Assembly: GCA_035540555.1 (NCBI GenBank)
Contig: DATLGJ010000021.1
Location: 4,492 to 68,491, forward strand
DNA length: 64,000 bases
Reading direction: 5' to 3'
Source: Candidatus Limnocylindrales bacterium
GTDB taxonomy: Bacteria > Chloroflexota > Limnocylindria > Limnocylindrales > CSP1-4
Shown here: piece by piece, positions 1-10,226 of the stretch
Numbering within the stretch: position 1 is the stretch's first letter
Layout of the letters: each line of letters starts with the position of its first letter
The notes under the pieces: model-generated
Databases searched by the model: none
Told to the model about the DNA's origin: nothing
Seen by the model: only the letters and a program-made list of their open reading frames with translations
Translations under genes and position numbers: made by a program

Positions 1-576
1 CTGTCGATAGCCGCCGCGTGTGGGGGCGGCAGCCCGGCCGCAACCCCGCGGCCGCTGCCCACGGTATCGCCGACGGCGGGCCCCACCGGTCTGCCCGGCG
101 TGCTGCCCACGCCCGGTGAGCTGCCCACGCCCGTCAGCCAGCCACCGTGGCCACAGGGCTGGGATGCCGCGCTGTGTGCCACCTTCGACCAGCTGGTCGT
201 GACCCAGGAGCTGGCCGTGGACATCGGGCGGGCACTTGAGGAGGAAGATCGAGAGGACGCTCGCGGACTGACTGCCGAGCTTGCCGAGGTCGCCACCACC
301 ACCCGTGAGCTGCTCGCCGAGATGCCCGAATGGCGCACCGCCGAGACGATCGAGGCAGGCATCACTGAGCTGCTCGACCTCGCCGACGAGGTGGCGCTGC
401 GCTATGACCGTTACCTGAACGACAATCGCCGCGCGGCGCTCGGCCGGGCGCAGGAGGCAGGTGGGCAGATGGCCGGCGTCGCCGAGCCGCTGTTGGAGCG
501 GTTGACACTGCTCGGCGAGCAGGGCCTGCGCTGTCCGGGCTTGCCGTTCCGCCTGGAGACGCCGCCGGAGACATGA
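1..576 (+). CDS. putative lipoprotein, 5' end outside the window
   Basis: Frame 1 is open from nt 1. It reads LSIAAAC-GGGS (lipobox-like), then a Pro/Thr-rich linker and an acidic helical region. The stop at 574-576 overlaps the next start (ATGA). Confidence 0.45.
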   Translation: MSIAAACGGGSPAATPRPLPTVSPTAGPTGLPGVLPTPGELPTPVSQPPWPQGWDAALCATFDQLVVTQELAVDIGRALEEEDREDARGLTAELAEVATTTRELLAEMPEWRTAETIEAGITELLDLADEVALRYDRYLNDNRRAALGRAQEAGGQMAGVAEPLLERLTLLGEQGLRCPGLPFRLETPPET

Positions 577-3186
577 GCGACCTGCCGGGCGGCACCGTCA
601 CCTTCCTGTTCACTGACATCGAAGGGTCGACGCGGCTGGTCCAGGCGCTCGGCGATGCCTACCCGGCGGTCCTCGGTGATCAGCGTCGGCTGATCGAGGA
701 TGCGGTCCGGGCCCACGACGGCGTGCTGTTCGGCGCGGAGGGCGACGCGCTTTTTGCCGCGTTTTCAGCCGCTGGCCCGGCAATCCAGGCGTCCGCCGCC
801 GCGCAGCGCGCCCTGGTCAATCACCCCTGGCCGGACGGAGTGGAGCTTCGCGTCCGTATGGGCATCCACACGGGCGATGCGACGGTGGTCGGGGACGATT
901 ACGTCGGCCTGACCCTGCACGAGGTGGCGCGCGTCATGAGCGCCGGCCACGGTGGGCAGGTGCTCGTATCCGGCGACACCCATGGCCTCGTCGCGCATGC
1001 CCTTCCCGACGGACTGGACCTGGTTGACCTGGGCGAGCACCGATTGAAGGACCTACCGCGGGCGATCCGTCTCTTCCAGCTGGCCGCGGACGGATTGGGC
1101 CGTAGCTTCCCGGCGCTGCGGACGCTCGACGCGCGGCCGAACAACCTACCTGTCTCGGTGACCACTTTTGTAGAACGGGCCGAGCTGGCCGCTGCCCGCG
1201 AAAGTCTTGCCGGCTCCCGGCTGCTGACCCTGACCGGCCCGGGCGGCACGGGCAAGACCCGTCTGGCGCTCGAGCTCGCTGCGGCGGAGCTCGGTTCCTT
1301 CGTCGATGGCGTTTACTTCGTCGCTCTCGAGACGGTCACCGATGCGGACCTCGTTCCCGCCGTCGTCAGCAACACCGTCGGCGTCAGCCCGGCGCCGAAC
1401 AGGACCCCGCTGGAGGCCCTGACCGATCACCTGCGCGATCGGCGGCTGCTGCTCGTCCTGGACAACTTCGAGCAGGTGGCCGAGGCCGGGCCGACCGTCG
1501 CCCAGCTGCTGCGCGACGCGCCGGGCGTCAAGGCAATCGTCACCAGCCGCGTGGTGCTGCGGGTCTACGGCGAGCACGAGCTGGCAGTCCCGCCGCTGGC
1601 CGCGTCGGAGGCCGTGCGGCTGTTCGTCGAGCGTGCGCGCGCCGTCCGGCCCTCATTCCGCCTCGACCCGCACAACGCTGCGGCCGTCGACGAGATCGTC
1701 ACTCGGCTGGACGGCCTGCCGCTGGCAATCGAGCTGGCCGCCGCGCGCACCCGCGTGTTGTCGGTTGAGGCGATTCGCTCGAGGCTGGACCAGCGTCTGG
1801 CCCTGCTGACGGGTGGCGCACGCGACCTGCCCCAGCGCCAGCAGACGCTGCGCGGCGCCATCGACTGGAGCTACGAGATGCTCGAGCCGCCCGAGCAGCA
1901 GCTGTTCGAGCGCTTTTCCAGCTTTGCCGGAGGCGCGTTCCTGGCCGAGGCAGAACAGGTCTGCGGTCCGGCGGCCGAGGTGGGCGGCGACATGCTTGAT
2001 GGTCTCGCCGGGCTGGCCGACAAGAGCCTGCTGAGGGTCATCGTTGGAGGCGGCGAGGAGCCGCGCTTCGCAATGTTGGCCACCATCCGCGAGTACGCCG
2101 CCGGCCGGCTGGCCGAGCGGGGCAAGACCAGCGCCGTACGCGATCGCCACCTTCGCGCCTATTCCGCGCTGGTCGAGCGCTGTGCCCCGATGCTGCTGAG
2201 CAGGGAAGGGGCTGATTGGCATACCCGCCTCGAGGTCGATCACGACAACCTTCGAGCCGCCTTCGATTGGGCCGTCGAAAGCCAACGGGTGGACGCGGCG
2301 TTGGGCCTGGTTTCGGGCCTGTGGCGCTTCTGGCAGGCACGCGGGCACCTGCACGAGGCGCGGCGCCGCGCGGAGAAGGTGCTGGCCATGCCGGGCGCCG
2401 GCGAGCAGCCAGCCGACGTGCTCGCCGGCGCCTACGGTGCCGCCGGCGGCATCGCCTACTGGCAAGGGGACTTCGTGGCCGCCAACCGCTGGTACCGGCA
2501 AGCGCTGCGCGCCGCCGAGGCAACGGGCGACCAGGCGGCGATCGCGCTGGCCAGCTACAACCAGGGCTTCGCGGCGCTCGAAGTAGAAGCCGACCAGGAG
2601 GACGCGATACAGGGCCGGGAGGCCCTGGTTCGAGCGCGCCCTGGAGTCCTACCGGCTGCTCGGCCACGAGCAGGGCACGGCCGACGCCGAATGGGCCCTT
2701 TCCCTGGCCGCCGCTGGCTTCCGCGACCTCGAGGCTGCCAGCGAGCATGCCGGACGGGCGCTCGAGGCGTATGAGCGGCTTGACAACCCCTTCGGGGCGG
2801 GCTGGGCTGCCCACATGCTGGTGCTGTACCGCATGGCCGCCGACCAGCTCGGCGAATCAATGGAGCTGGCCAGGCGGGCGATGGACATCTTCGAGCGGTC
2901 ACGCGACGTCAGCGGCATGGTCCTGGTCGCCTACGACATCGGGCTGGTCCTCTTCCGCCAGGGGCGGACGGCGGAGGCGCAGCGCATCGCCGGCGCAGTG
3001 GACCGCCTGACAAGGGAGGCGGGGGTCGGTGTCATCGGCGACGGCTTCGACTACCTCGGCTGGAGCAGGCCCAGGCCACCGTCTGACCCCGACCAGGTCC
3101 CAGCCTGGCAGGAGGGAGCAAGCTGGTCGGTCGATCAGCTCGTCGAGTTCGCCCGGCAGTGCCTGTCGGAAACGCAGCAGGCGTAG
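573..3186 (+). pseudogene. class III adenylate/guanylate cyclase - STAND (NB-ARC-like) P-loop ATPase - TPR regulator, reading frame broken near 2621-2626
   Basis: The N-terminus reads VTFLFTDIEGST..GDALFAAF (cyclase). A Walker A motif (GPGGTGKTRLA) and LLVLDNFEQ follow, then TPR-like helices. The frame from 573 degenerates into Arg/Pro-rich sequence after about 2625 and stops at 2774. The +1 frame is open from 2587 and continues the TPR-like sequence (WFERALESYRLLGHEQG...) to 3186. Confidence 0.75.
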
Positions 3187-3291
3187 GTAGCGCTGGACGC
3201 CATCCGGACCAGCCGCAACCTCTCGGCGCATGGCCCAAATGGGCCGGCGCCATACCGGGACCGGGGACCTGCGAGGGGCTCGATGGGATAG

Positions 3292-3370
<79 letters not shown>

Positions 3371-3437
3371 ACCGTGTGCACCGGGCGCCATCAGCGCCGA
3401 GCCATCGACGAGTATAGCGAAGGCCCTTGGTGGAGCC

Positions 3438-3854
3438 TCAGGTCGCTTCCGACTCCCCGTCCGCGGGATCGAGATTGAGGGCGGCAGAGTTGATGCAGTA
3501 GCGCAGCCCCGTCGGCGCCGGGCCATCGTCGAAGACGTGGCCCAGGTGTCCGCCACAGCTGGCGCACAGGACCTCGGTCCTGACCATCAGCCAGGAGCGG
3601 TCCTCCTCGGTCTGGACGGCACCGCTGTCAGCCGGACGATAGAAGCTCGGCCAGCCGCTGCCCGACTCGAACTTGGTGTCGGACTCGAACAGCTCCGCCC
3701 CGCACCCTGCGCAGCGGTAGACGCCCGGACGATGCTCGTTCCAGTACTCCCCGGTGAAGGCGCGTTCGGTGCCCTTCTCGCGCAGTACCCGGTACTGCTC
3801 CGGGGTCAGCTCGGCGCGCCACTCGTGCTCGGGCTTCTCAATCTTGCGATCCAT
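3438..3854 (-). CDS. msrB: peptide-methionine (R)-S-oxide reductase
   Basis: Two CxxC zinc motifs ([17 protein letters not shown]) and the catalytic RYCINS motif are present. Length is 138 aa. Confidence 0.92.
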   Translation of the reverse strand: MDRKIEKPEHEWRAELTPEQYRVLREKGTERAFTGEYWNEHRPGVYRCAGCGAELFESDTKFESGSGWPSFYRPADSGAVQTEEDRSWLMVRTEVLCASCGGHLGHVFDDGPAPTGLRYCINSAALNLDPADGESEAT

Positions 3855-3863
3855 CGGTCCACC

Positions 3864-4892
3864 TTACGACGCCAAGCGCGATATCGCTTCCGGCCGGTCG
3901 GCCAGCCAGCAGGCGGAGGCCTGGCCATCGCCGACGTCGATCAGCGGCGGCTCTTCCACCCGACACCGATCGAACGCCAACGGGCAGCGCGTGTTGAAGC
4001 GGCAGCCCGGCGGTACCGCCGACGCGTCAGGCGTCTCGCCGGCCAGGATCGTGCGCCTGGCGCGCTCGCCATCAGCCGGCGGCTCGGGCGAGGGCGAGAC
4101 CGAGACAAGGGCCGCGGTGTAGGGATTGCGCGGTGCAGATATGACCCGTTCGGCCGGACCGATCTCCATCACCTTGCCCAGGTACATCACGGCAATGCGA
4201 TCGGCGATGACCCAGGCCAGCGAGAGGTCGTGGGTAATGAACAGGTAGGTCAGCGAGCGCTGGTCGCGCAGGTCGAGCATCAGCCTCAGCAGCTCGGTCC
4301 GGATCGAGACGTCGAGCATGCTCACCGGCTCGTCGGCGACCACCAGCTCGGGCTCGAGGACGAGCGCTCCGGCGATCACCACGCGTTGACGCTGGCCGCC
4401 GGACAGCTCGTGGGGGTAACGCAGAGCAAACTCGCGCGCCGGTCGCAGGCCGGCGGCCTCCAGCGCGGCAAACACCTGTTCCTCCCGCTGCACCGCACCA
4501 TCGCCGATGCCATTGACCGACAGCGGCTCGGCGACGAAGTCGTGCACCGTCTGCTTCGGGTTGAGCGTCTCGTAGGGGTCCTGGAAGATCATCTGTACCC
4601 GGCGTCGGTAGGGCCTCAGGTCGCGGACGCCCCAGCGGTCGCTGACGTCCTCTCCGTCGAAGAGGACACGGCCCTCGGTCTGGCGGGTGAGCTTGACGAT
4701 GACCCTGCCGGTGGTGGTCTTGCCCGAGCCGGATTCGCCGACGAGTGCCAGGACCTCACCCGCCCGGATCGACAGGTCAATGCCATCGACGGCGCGAACC
4801 ACACCGCGGTCGCGCCGCAGCAGGGCGTCCAGCGGGCCCTGGCGCAGTGGAAAGTGGACCTTTACCCCCTCCAGCCGCAACAGCTCCGTCAT
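3864..4892 (-). CDS. peptide/nickel-type ABC transporter ATP-binding protein (OppF/DppF-like)
   Basis: Walker A GESGSGKTT, signature LSGGQRQR and Walker B LVVADEP are present. The C-terminal oligopeptide-type extension has a CRFNTRCP cluster. Confidence 0.88.
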   Translation of the reverse strand: MTELLRLEGVKVHFPLRQGPLDALLRRDRGVVRAVDGIDLSIRAGEVLALVGESGSGKTTTGRVIVKLTRQTEGRVLFDGEDVSDRWGVRDLRPYRRRVQMIFQDPYETLNPKQTVHDFVAEPLSVNGIGDGAVQREEQVFAALEAAGLRPAREFALRYPHELSGGQRQRVVIAGALVLEPELVVADEPVSMLDVSIRTELLRLMLDLRDQRSLTYLFITHDLSLAWVIADRIAVMYLGKVMEIGPAERVISAPRNPYTAALVSVSPSPEPPADGERARRTILAGETPDASAVPPGCRFNTRCPLAFDRCRVEEPPLIDVGDGQASACWLADRPEAISRLAS

Positions 4893-6130
4893 GACGGCGG
4901 TTTACCTGGAGCGGCCGCTGCCGAACTCATCGCCTCGCCGTGCGGAGCCGCGACCGCCACCGAGCCGGGGCTGCCCGGCGGGAAGAGGTGGCAGGCTACG
5001 CGCACGCCGTCCTCGAACGTCACCTCGGGCGGCACCTGCTCGGAGCAGACCGCCATGGCAGCCGGACAGCGTGGGTGGAACCGGCAGCCGGTGGGTGGGT
5101 TGCGCAGGTCGGGCGGCGAGCCCGGGATGACGTCGAGCGTTCGCCGTGACGCGCGAATGCTCGGGAACGAGCGCAGCAGGCTGGTGGTGTATGGGTGGCG
5201 AGGCGCTGCGAAGACACGTCGCACCGGCCCCTCTTCGGCAACCATGCCGGCGTACATCACCAGCACGCGGTCACACGTCTCGGCGATCACGGACAGGTCG
5301 TGAGTGATCAGTACGAGCGACAGGCCGAGTTCGCGCCGGAGCTGCTCCAGCAGCTCGAGGATCTGAGCCTGGACCATCACGTCCAGGGCGGTCGTCGGCT
5401 CATCGCCGATGACCACTGCCGGATCACAGGCCAGCGCCATGGCGATCATCGCTCGTTGGCGCATGCCGCCCGACAGCTCGTGCGGATACGCGTTGCCACG
5501 CTGGCGCGGGATGCCGACCAGATCGAGCAGCTCCAGCGCCCGCCTGCGGGCCCGACCGCGCGACTCGCCCAGCCTCATCTCGAGCGGCTCGGCGATCTGG
5601 TGTCCCACGCGAAGCACCGGGTTGAGCGCGTTCATCGCGCCCTGGAAGACGATTGATATCTCCCGCCAGCGGTAGCGCTGCAGCGCACTCTCCGACTTCG
5701 GGACCAGGTCTATCCCGAATAGCTCGACCTTGCCCCGCTTGATACGCGCATTGGCCGGCAGCAGCCGCACCAGGGACAGGGCCGTCGTGGTCTTGCCGCA
5801 ACCCGACTCGCCGGCCAGGCCGAGCGCCTGTCCATCGTCTAGCCGGAAGCTGACGCCGTCGACTGCCCGCACCCAGCCGTCCTCGAGCCGGTAATGGACG
5901 GTCAGATCGTCGACGACGAGCAGCGGCGCGTTCGGGTCGGCCAGCTTGGGAAGCGGCCACTGGCGACGGCCTCGGGTCCTCTCGCGGGCCTCGATGACCG
6001 ACGGCGAGATCGCCTGCCGAGGGGCCTCCGGCCGGTCGTCAGATGCCGCGCTGTGCTGGGCGCGGCGGTGCTCGTCGGCCAGCGCGTCGGGGCGCTCGCG
6101 GCCTAGCCGCTGCGGGTCAGGCGGGTTCAT
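4889..6130 (-). CDS. peptide/nickel-type ABC transporter ATP-binding protein (OppD/DppD-like)
   Basis: GESGCGKTT, LSGGMRQR, VIGDEPTTALD and a C-terminal CRFHPRCP cluster are present. The start was taken at ATG 6130, which overlaps the upstream permease stop (ATGA). The longer ORF to 6295 would overlap that permease. Confidence 0.85.
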   Translation of the reverse strand: MNPPDPQRLGRERPDALADEHRRAQHSAASDDRPEAPRQAISPSVIEARERTRGRRQWPLPKLADPNAPLLVVDDLTVHYRLEDGWVRAVDGVSFRLDDGQALGLAGESGCGKTTTALSLVRLLPANARIKRGKVELFGIDLVPKSESALQRYRWREISIVFQGAMNALNPVLRVGHQIAEPLEMRLGESRGRARRRALELLDLVGIPRQRGNAYPHELSGGMRQRAMIAMALACDPAVVIGDEPTTALDVMVQAQILELLEQLRRELGLSLVLITHDLSVIAETCDRVLVMYAGMVAEEGPVRRVFAAPRHPYTTSLLRSFPSIRASRRTLDVIPGSPPDLRNPPTGCRFHPRCPAAMAVCSEQVPPEVTFEDGVRVACHLFPPGSPGSVAVAAPHGEAMSSAAAAPGKPPS

Positions 6131-7077
6131 CGGCGAGCCCGCAGGCGCGGGTTGAGCAGGTCGTCGAGCGCAGACCCGAGCAGCGTGAACGCGAGCACGA
6201 CCAGGATGATCGACGCGGCCGGCCAGGCCATGAACCACCAGGCCCCGATGGGCAGCGCGCCGGCGGCGTTGGCGGCATACAGGATCTGGCCCCACGACGG
6301 CTGGAACGGGTCGCCCAGGCCGATGAAGGAGAGCGTCGTCTCGGTCAGGATCGCGCCGGCGAAGACCAGCACCGCGTTGGCCACGACCAGGCCGACCACG
6401 TTGGGCAGGATGTGGCGGCGCATGATCTGGCCGCTGCCCGACCCGATCACGCGAGCTCGGGCAACGAATGTGCGCTCGCGCAGGGACAGAGCCTGGGACC
6501 GGATGATGCGGGCGGTCGAGGCCCAGCTCGTGACGCCGATCACGACGACGATGACGACCAACGTCACGCGCATGCCGAACAGCTGCGCATTGGCCCCGAT
6601 GATGTCCAGCAGGATTGGGGCCAGGATCAGGGCCAGCACGAACGTGGGCAGGACGAGGAAGAAGTCCGTGATCCGCATGAGGATCGTGTCGACGAGCCCG
6701 CCGAGGAAGCCCGCCACGATGCCGATCAGCGCGCCAAGGAAGACAGTGATTGCCGTCGCCAGGAGGCCGATGACCATTGAGATTCGTGTGGCGTGGACGG
6801 TGAGGTTGAGCATGTCCCGCCCGAGTCGGTCCGTGCCGAAGGGGTGCGCCGCGCTGGGCGGCTGGAGGCGGCTTCCCGAAGCGGTTGTGGCCGTCTCGAG
6901 CGCCCCGACCAGCAGCTCAGGGACTGCCGCGAGCACGCTGAAGAACGCCAGGATGATGATCCCGAGCAGGCCCTCCGGCCTCGACAGCAGGCGTCGGCCG
7001 AAGCTGGCGCTGTTACGCAGCCGGAGGCGCAGGCGAGCAGCTCGCAGCTCGCCGGGCGAGACGGTCGTCGCGCTCAT
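6127..7077 (-). CDS. ABC transporter permease (OppC/DppC-like)
   Basis: This is a polytopic protein with the BPD-transporter EAA-like loop (SFIGLGDP..). It is translationally coupled to both neighbours. Confidence 0.85.
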   Translation of the reverse strand: MSATTVSPGELRAARLRLRLRNSASFGRRLLSRPEGLLGIIILAFFSVLAAVPELLVGALETATTASGSRLQPPSAAHPFGTDRLGRDMLNLTVHATRISMVIGLLATAITVFLGALIGIVAGFLGGLVDTILMRITDFFLVLPTFVLALILAPILLDIIGANAQLFGMRVTLVVIVVVIGVTSWASTARIIRSQALSLRERTFVARARVIGSGSGQIMRRHILPNVVGLVVANAVLVFAGAILTETTLSFIGLGDPFQPSWGQILYAANAAGALPIGAWWFMAWPAASIILVVLAFTLLGSALDDLLNPRLRARR

Positions 7078-8045
7078 GCCCGGACTCGCGGGTCGAGAAC
7101 GCCGTAGATCAGATCGGCCACAAGGTTGGCCAGCACCACGGCGACCGACAGCAACAGGAAGATGCCCTGCAGCACGGGGAAGTCGCGGGCACTCAGCGCC
7201 TCGACGGTCAGGGTCCCCAGCCCCGGCCAGTTGAAGACCACCTCAACGGTGATCGCCCCGGCCACCACGTAACCGATGTTGATGGCGACGAGGGAGGCGG
7301 TGGGAAGGATGGCATTGGGCAGGGCGTGTGCGCGCAGGACGTATCCGTCGCGCAGCCCTTTCGCCCGCGCCGTCGTGACGTAGTCGTCGCCCAGGGTCTC
7401 GACGATCGAGGCACGCATCAGGATCGAGTACTGCCCGATGAGGCCGATGGCCACCGCGGTAAGGGGCAGGAAGAGGTGCCGGCCGAAGTCGATGAGCTCA
7501 TCGGCGAGGGTGGCGTGACGCACGCCGAGCGACGACATGCCCGCCGTCGGGAACCAGCCCAGCATGCTGGCGAAGACGACGAGCAGGACCATGCCGATGA
7601 TGAAGTAGGGTGCGGAATAGAAGATCAGCGATATGCCGTTGCCGACGTAGTCGGCCACACCTCCCCTCTTCCAGCCGGAATACGCGCCCAGCGCTATGCC
7701 GACGACGACGGCGATCAGCTGGCCGAGGCCGAACAGGATGACCGTCGGCCAGAACCGGCTGCCCAAGACATCCAGCACCGGCTGCCCGCGGTATTTGAAC
7801 GAGTACCCGAGGTCCCCCTGGGCGGTTGCGCCAAGGTACGAGACCAGCTGGACGGGGAGCGGCTCGTCCAGGCCCCATTGGGCACGGATCTCGGCCTTGG
7901 CTGCCGCTGAGATGTTCGGATTGCGCAGCAGCACGCGCTCGGGCGAGCCTGGCATCGCCCGGAAGAGCACGAAATTCAGGATGACGATGGCGAGGATGGT
8001 CGCCATCGCCTGGAGCAGCTTCCGACCGATGTAGCCGCCCGCCAT
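7074..8045 (-). CDS. ABC transporter permease (OppB/DppB-like)
   Basis: The N-terminus reads YIGRKLLQAMATILAIVILNFVLF, typical of OppB/DppB. It is polytopic and sits in the same operon. Confidence 0.85.
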   Translation of the reverse strand: MAGGYIGRKLLQAMATILAIVILNFVLFRAMPGSPERVLLRNPNISAAAKAEIRAQWGLDEPLPVQLVSYLGATAQGDLGYSFKYRGQPVLDVLGSRFWPTVILFGLGQLIAVVVGIALGAYSGWKRGGVADYVGNGISLIFYSAPYFIIGMVLLVVFASMLGWFPTAGMSSLGVRHATLADELIDFGRHLFLPLTAVAIGLIGQYSILMRASIVETLGDDYVTTARAKGLRDGYVLRAHALPNAILPTASLVAINIGYVVAGAITVEVVFNWPGLGTLTVEALSARDFPVLQGIFLLLSVAVVLANLVADLIYGVLDPRVRA

Positions 8046-8065
8046 ATGGCGCTCAGCCGGGCACG

Positions 8066-8096
8066 CCCGAGGCCGCCCGACAGGCGTGGCCTCGGG
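8066..8096 (-). other. intercistronic stem-loop between the solute-binding-protein gene and the first permease gene
   Basis: There are perfect 9-bp arms, cccgaggcc (8066-8074) and ggcctcggg (8088-8096), with a 13-nt loop. No U-run follows on the transcribed strand, so it looks like an mRNA-stabilising or attenuating hairpin rather than a full terminator. Confidence 0.4.
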
Positions 8097-8155
8097 CGAT
8101 CGTTCTGGGGGTCTGGGGCTGGAGCCGGCTCATCCGAACCGGGTCACGACGGCTG

Positions 8156-10153
8156 CTACTCCTCCTCGACCTCCGGCCCACGGCGCCGACGGAGGGCCAA
8201 AAAGCCGACCACTCCCAGGGCCGCCAGCGCGAGCAGGCCGAGAATCATCGGCATGTTGTCCCCGCCAGCCGGGTTCGTCGGGCCCCCGGGGCCGGCCCCC
8301 GGCGTCGCGGCCGGGCTGCCCCCGGGCTGTCCGGGGGTGGCCGCCGCCGGGTCGGTCGTGTCGGGCGTCGCCGCCGGTCCGCCGGGCGTCTCGCCGGCAG
8401 CCGGCGTTTGCTCACCTGGGGCAGGCGTCGGCTCGCCGGTGGCGGGGGTGGCGGCCGGCTCCTCGCCGGCCGGGGTCAGCGCGCCATATCCGAACGAGCC
8501 GTAGTTGAACAGCGGCACGCCGTCCTCGGGCTGGTTCTGCCAGCCTGTGAAGCGGTCGGTTCGATACGCGGCCAGCACGTCGTCGTAGTAGAGGATGTGG
8601 TAGGGCGCCTCGTCGTAGATCAGGTTCTGCATGCGGGCCAGGATCTCTGCCCGCTCCTCGGTGGACTCCGCGCGGTTCTGCTCCTGGAACATCTGGTCGT
8701 ACTCGGGGTTGCAGTAGAGGGAATCGCTTGACTGCCCGATCTGATCGCAGGTGAAGATTTCGAGCAGTGAGTTGGGATCGATGTCGCCGCCCCAGCCCCA
8801 GATGAACATGTCGAAGTCAGCGTTGTACTCATCGCCGGCCTCCGGCGGCAGGAGCAGCTCGCCGAGCGCGCCACTGTCCATCTGCTGCGCCGAGACGCCG
8901 ATCCCCAGCTCGCCGAACCAGTCGGCGATGAACTGGCCGGCCGCGGCGTAGTCCTCCGAGCTGTCCGGGAAGTAGAGCCGCAGGTTGATCGGGTTGCCGT
9001 CCTGGTCAAGGCGCCGGCCCTGGTCGTCGAGCTCATAGCCGGCGGCCTCCAGGCGGCTGCGTGCCTCGTCCAGGTCGAAGGTGCGCAGGTTGTCGGGCTG
9101 GACGTGGTATTGCGTCTGGAACGGCGGCACGTGGCTCGCGCCGGGCTCGCCGTACCCGTTGAGCAGCCGCTCGACAAGCAGCTCACGGTCGATGGCATAG
9201 CCGAGCGCGTCGCGGAAAGCCGCGTCCTGCAGGGCCGGGGTGGACGCACCGCCCCCACCTTCGATCACGTTGCCCGTACCTGTGCCGTAGGTGTTGAAGG
9301 CAAGCTCCGTGTAGCCGTTGCCCTGGCCGTTCACGGTCACGATGCCCTCGTCGCTGGCCAGCCGGTCGAAGTGCTCGGCCGAAACGTTATGGGCGTAGTC
9401 GAGCTCGTTGTTGCGCAGCGCCTCGGCCATCGAGGCCGAGTCGCGAAAGATCTGGATGACGAGACGGTCGGCGGCGAGCGTTGGGCCGTCGTAGTGGGGG
9501 TTGCGCTCGAACTCCACTCGTTGGCCGGTCACCCAGTTGACTGCCTGGTACTTGCCCGTGCCCACGACCGGCGCCTCGTTGGGATCCTCGTCGAAGTTTC
9601 GATCCTCCCAGATGTGCCGAGGCAGGATCGGGATGTACATGTACAGGACCTGCGTGTTGGGGCGGTCGGTGGTGATGACCAGCGTCTGCGGGTCGGTCGC
9701 CTCGACCGAGGTGACCCCCGCGTTGGTCAGGTACGGGTCGAGGTACCCGTAGCCGACGTAGCCGTTCTCGTCGACGAGCTCGAGCATTCGGTTGAAGGTG
9801 AATGCAGCGTCCTCGGCCGTGGCCGGCTCTCCATCGGACCAGCGCTTGTCGGGGCTGATCGTGAAGGTCCAGGTCAGCCCGTCATCGGACTGCTCCCAGG
9901 CCTGCGCGAAGGCGGGCATGGGCTGCAGGTTCTCGTCCCACTCCACCAGCAGCTCGTAGTTGAGCGCAAAGACCTCGAAACCGACCACCAGGTAGGTGAT
10001 GAAGGGGCTCATCGAGTCCAGGTCCTGCGTCGTGCCCACGCGCAGCACCAGATCGTCCTGCGCCCGGGCCACCCCGGCGGGCAGCACCAGCGCCACGGCC
10101 AGCAGGGGCACGAGCCCGATCCGGGAGATACGGGTGAACGCCGACCGTCGCAT
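8156..10153 (-). CDS. ABC transporter substrate-binding protein, family 5 (peptide/nickel), with a Pro/Thr-rich linker and C-terminal transmembrane anchor
   Basis: The start was taken at ATG 10153, preceded by GGAGGAGG. A signal peptide (MRRSAFTRISRIGLVPLLAVALVLPAGVARA) is followed by a family-5 SBP-like body. The last 108 aa are a P/T/G/A linker, then MPMILGLLALAALGVVGFLAL-RRRRG. Confidence 0.85.
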   Translation of the reverse strand: MRRSAFTRISRIGLVPLLAVALVLPAGVARAQDDLVLRVGTTQDLDSMSPFITYLVVGFEVFALNYELLVEWDENLQPMPAFAQAWEQSDDGLTWTFTISPDKRWSDGEPATAEDAAFTFNRMLELVDENGYVGYGYLDPYLTNAGVTSVEATDPQTLVITTDRPNTQVLYMYIPILPRHIWEDRNFDEDPNEAPVVGTGKYQAVNWVTGQRVEFERNPHYDGPTLAADRLVIQIFRDSASMAEALRNNELDYAHNVSAEHFDRLASDEGIVTVNGQGNGYTELAFNTYGTGTGNVIEGGGGASTPALQDAAFRDALGYAIDRELLVERLLNGYGEPGASHVPPFQTQYHVQPDNLRTFDLDEARSRLEAAGYELDDQGRRLDQDGNPINLRLYFPDSSEDYAAAGQFIADWFGELGIGVSAQQMDSGALGELLLPPEAGDEYNADFDMFIWGWGGDIDPNSLLEIFTCDQIGQSSDSLYCNPEYDQMFQEQNRAESTEERAEILARMQNLIYDEAPYHILYYDDVLAAYRTDRFTGWQNQPEDGVPLFNYGSFGYGALTPAGEEPAATPATGEPTPAPGEQTPAAGETPGGPAATPDTTDPAAATPGQPGGSPAATPGAGPGGPTNPAGGDNMPMILGLLALAALGVVGFLALRRRRGPEVEEE

Positions 10154-10226
10154 TGGGTCCTCCTCCAGGCAAGCGGTGCGTGAAGACCCTAGGTTCCCAC
10201 GCCGGAGGCGTGGATGCAACGTGAAT

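Noticed and set aside
2587-2626. Programmed ribosomal frameshifting at the two frame breaks (about 2623 and about 12224).
   Set aside because: Neither junction has an X-XXY-YYZ slippery heptamer, an obvious downstream stimulatory structure, or an internal SD element. One break sits in a short C-run typical of indel errors.
573-3186. The STAND ATPase plus TPR protein considered as an Avs-like antiphage sensor.
   Set aside because: The N-terminal effector is a class III nucleotide cyclase, as in the common actinobacterial cyclase-ATPase regulators. No nuclease, TIR, SIR2 or protease effector is present, and no defence-island neighbours are visible.
3537-5303. A 588-aa ORF on the plus strand. 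There are many similar long ORFs in the track, for example 21987-23318, 23692-25059, 24557-26149, 29116-30435, 35451-36452, 51185-53143 and 59948-61289.
   Set aside because: These lie antisense or out of frame to genes with unmistakable conserved motifs (ABC ATPases, glnA, resB, ndh, AI-2E, PPIase, mreB). Their products are Arg/Pro/Gly/Ala-rich low-complexity strings. They are the usual stop-codon-poor shadow frames of a very GC-rich genome.
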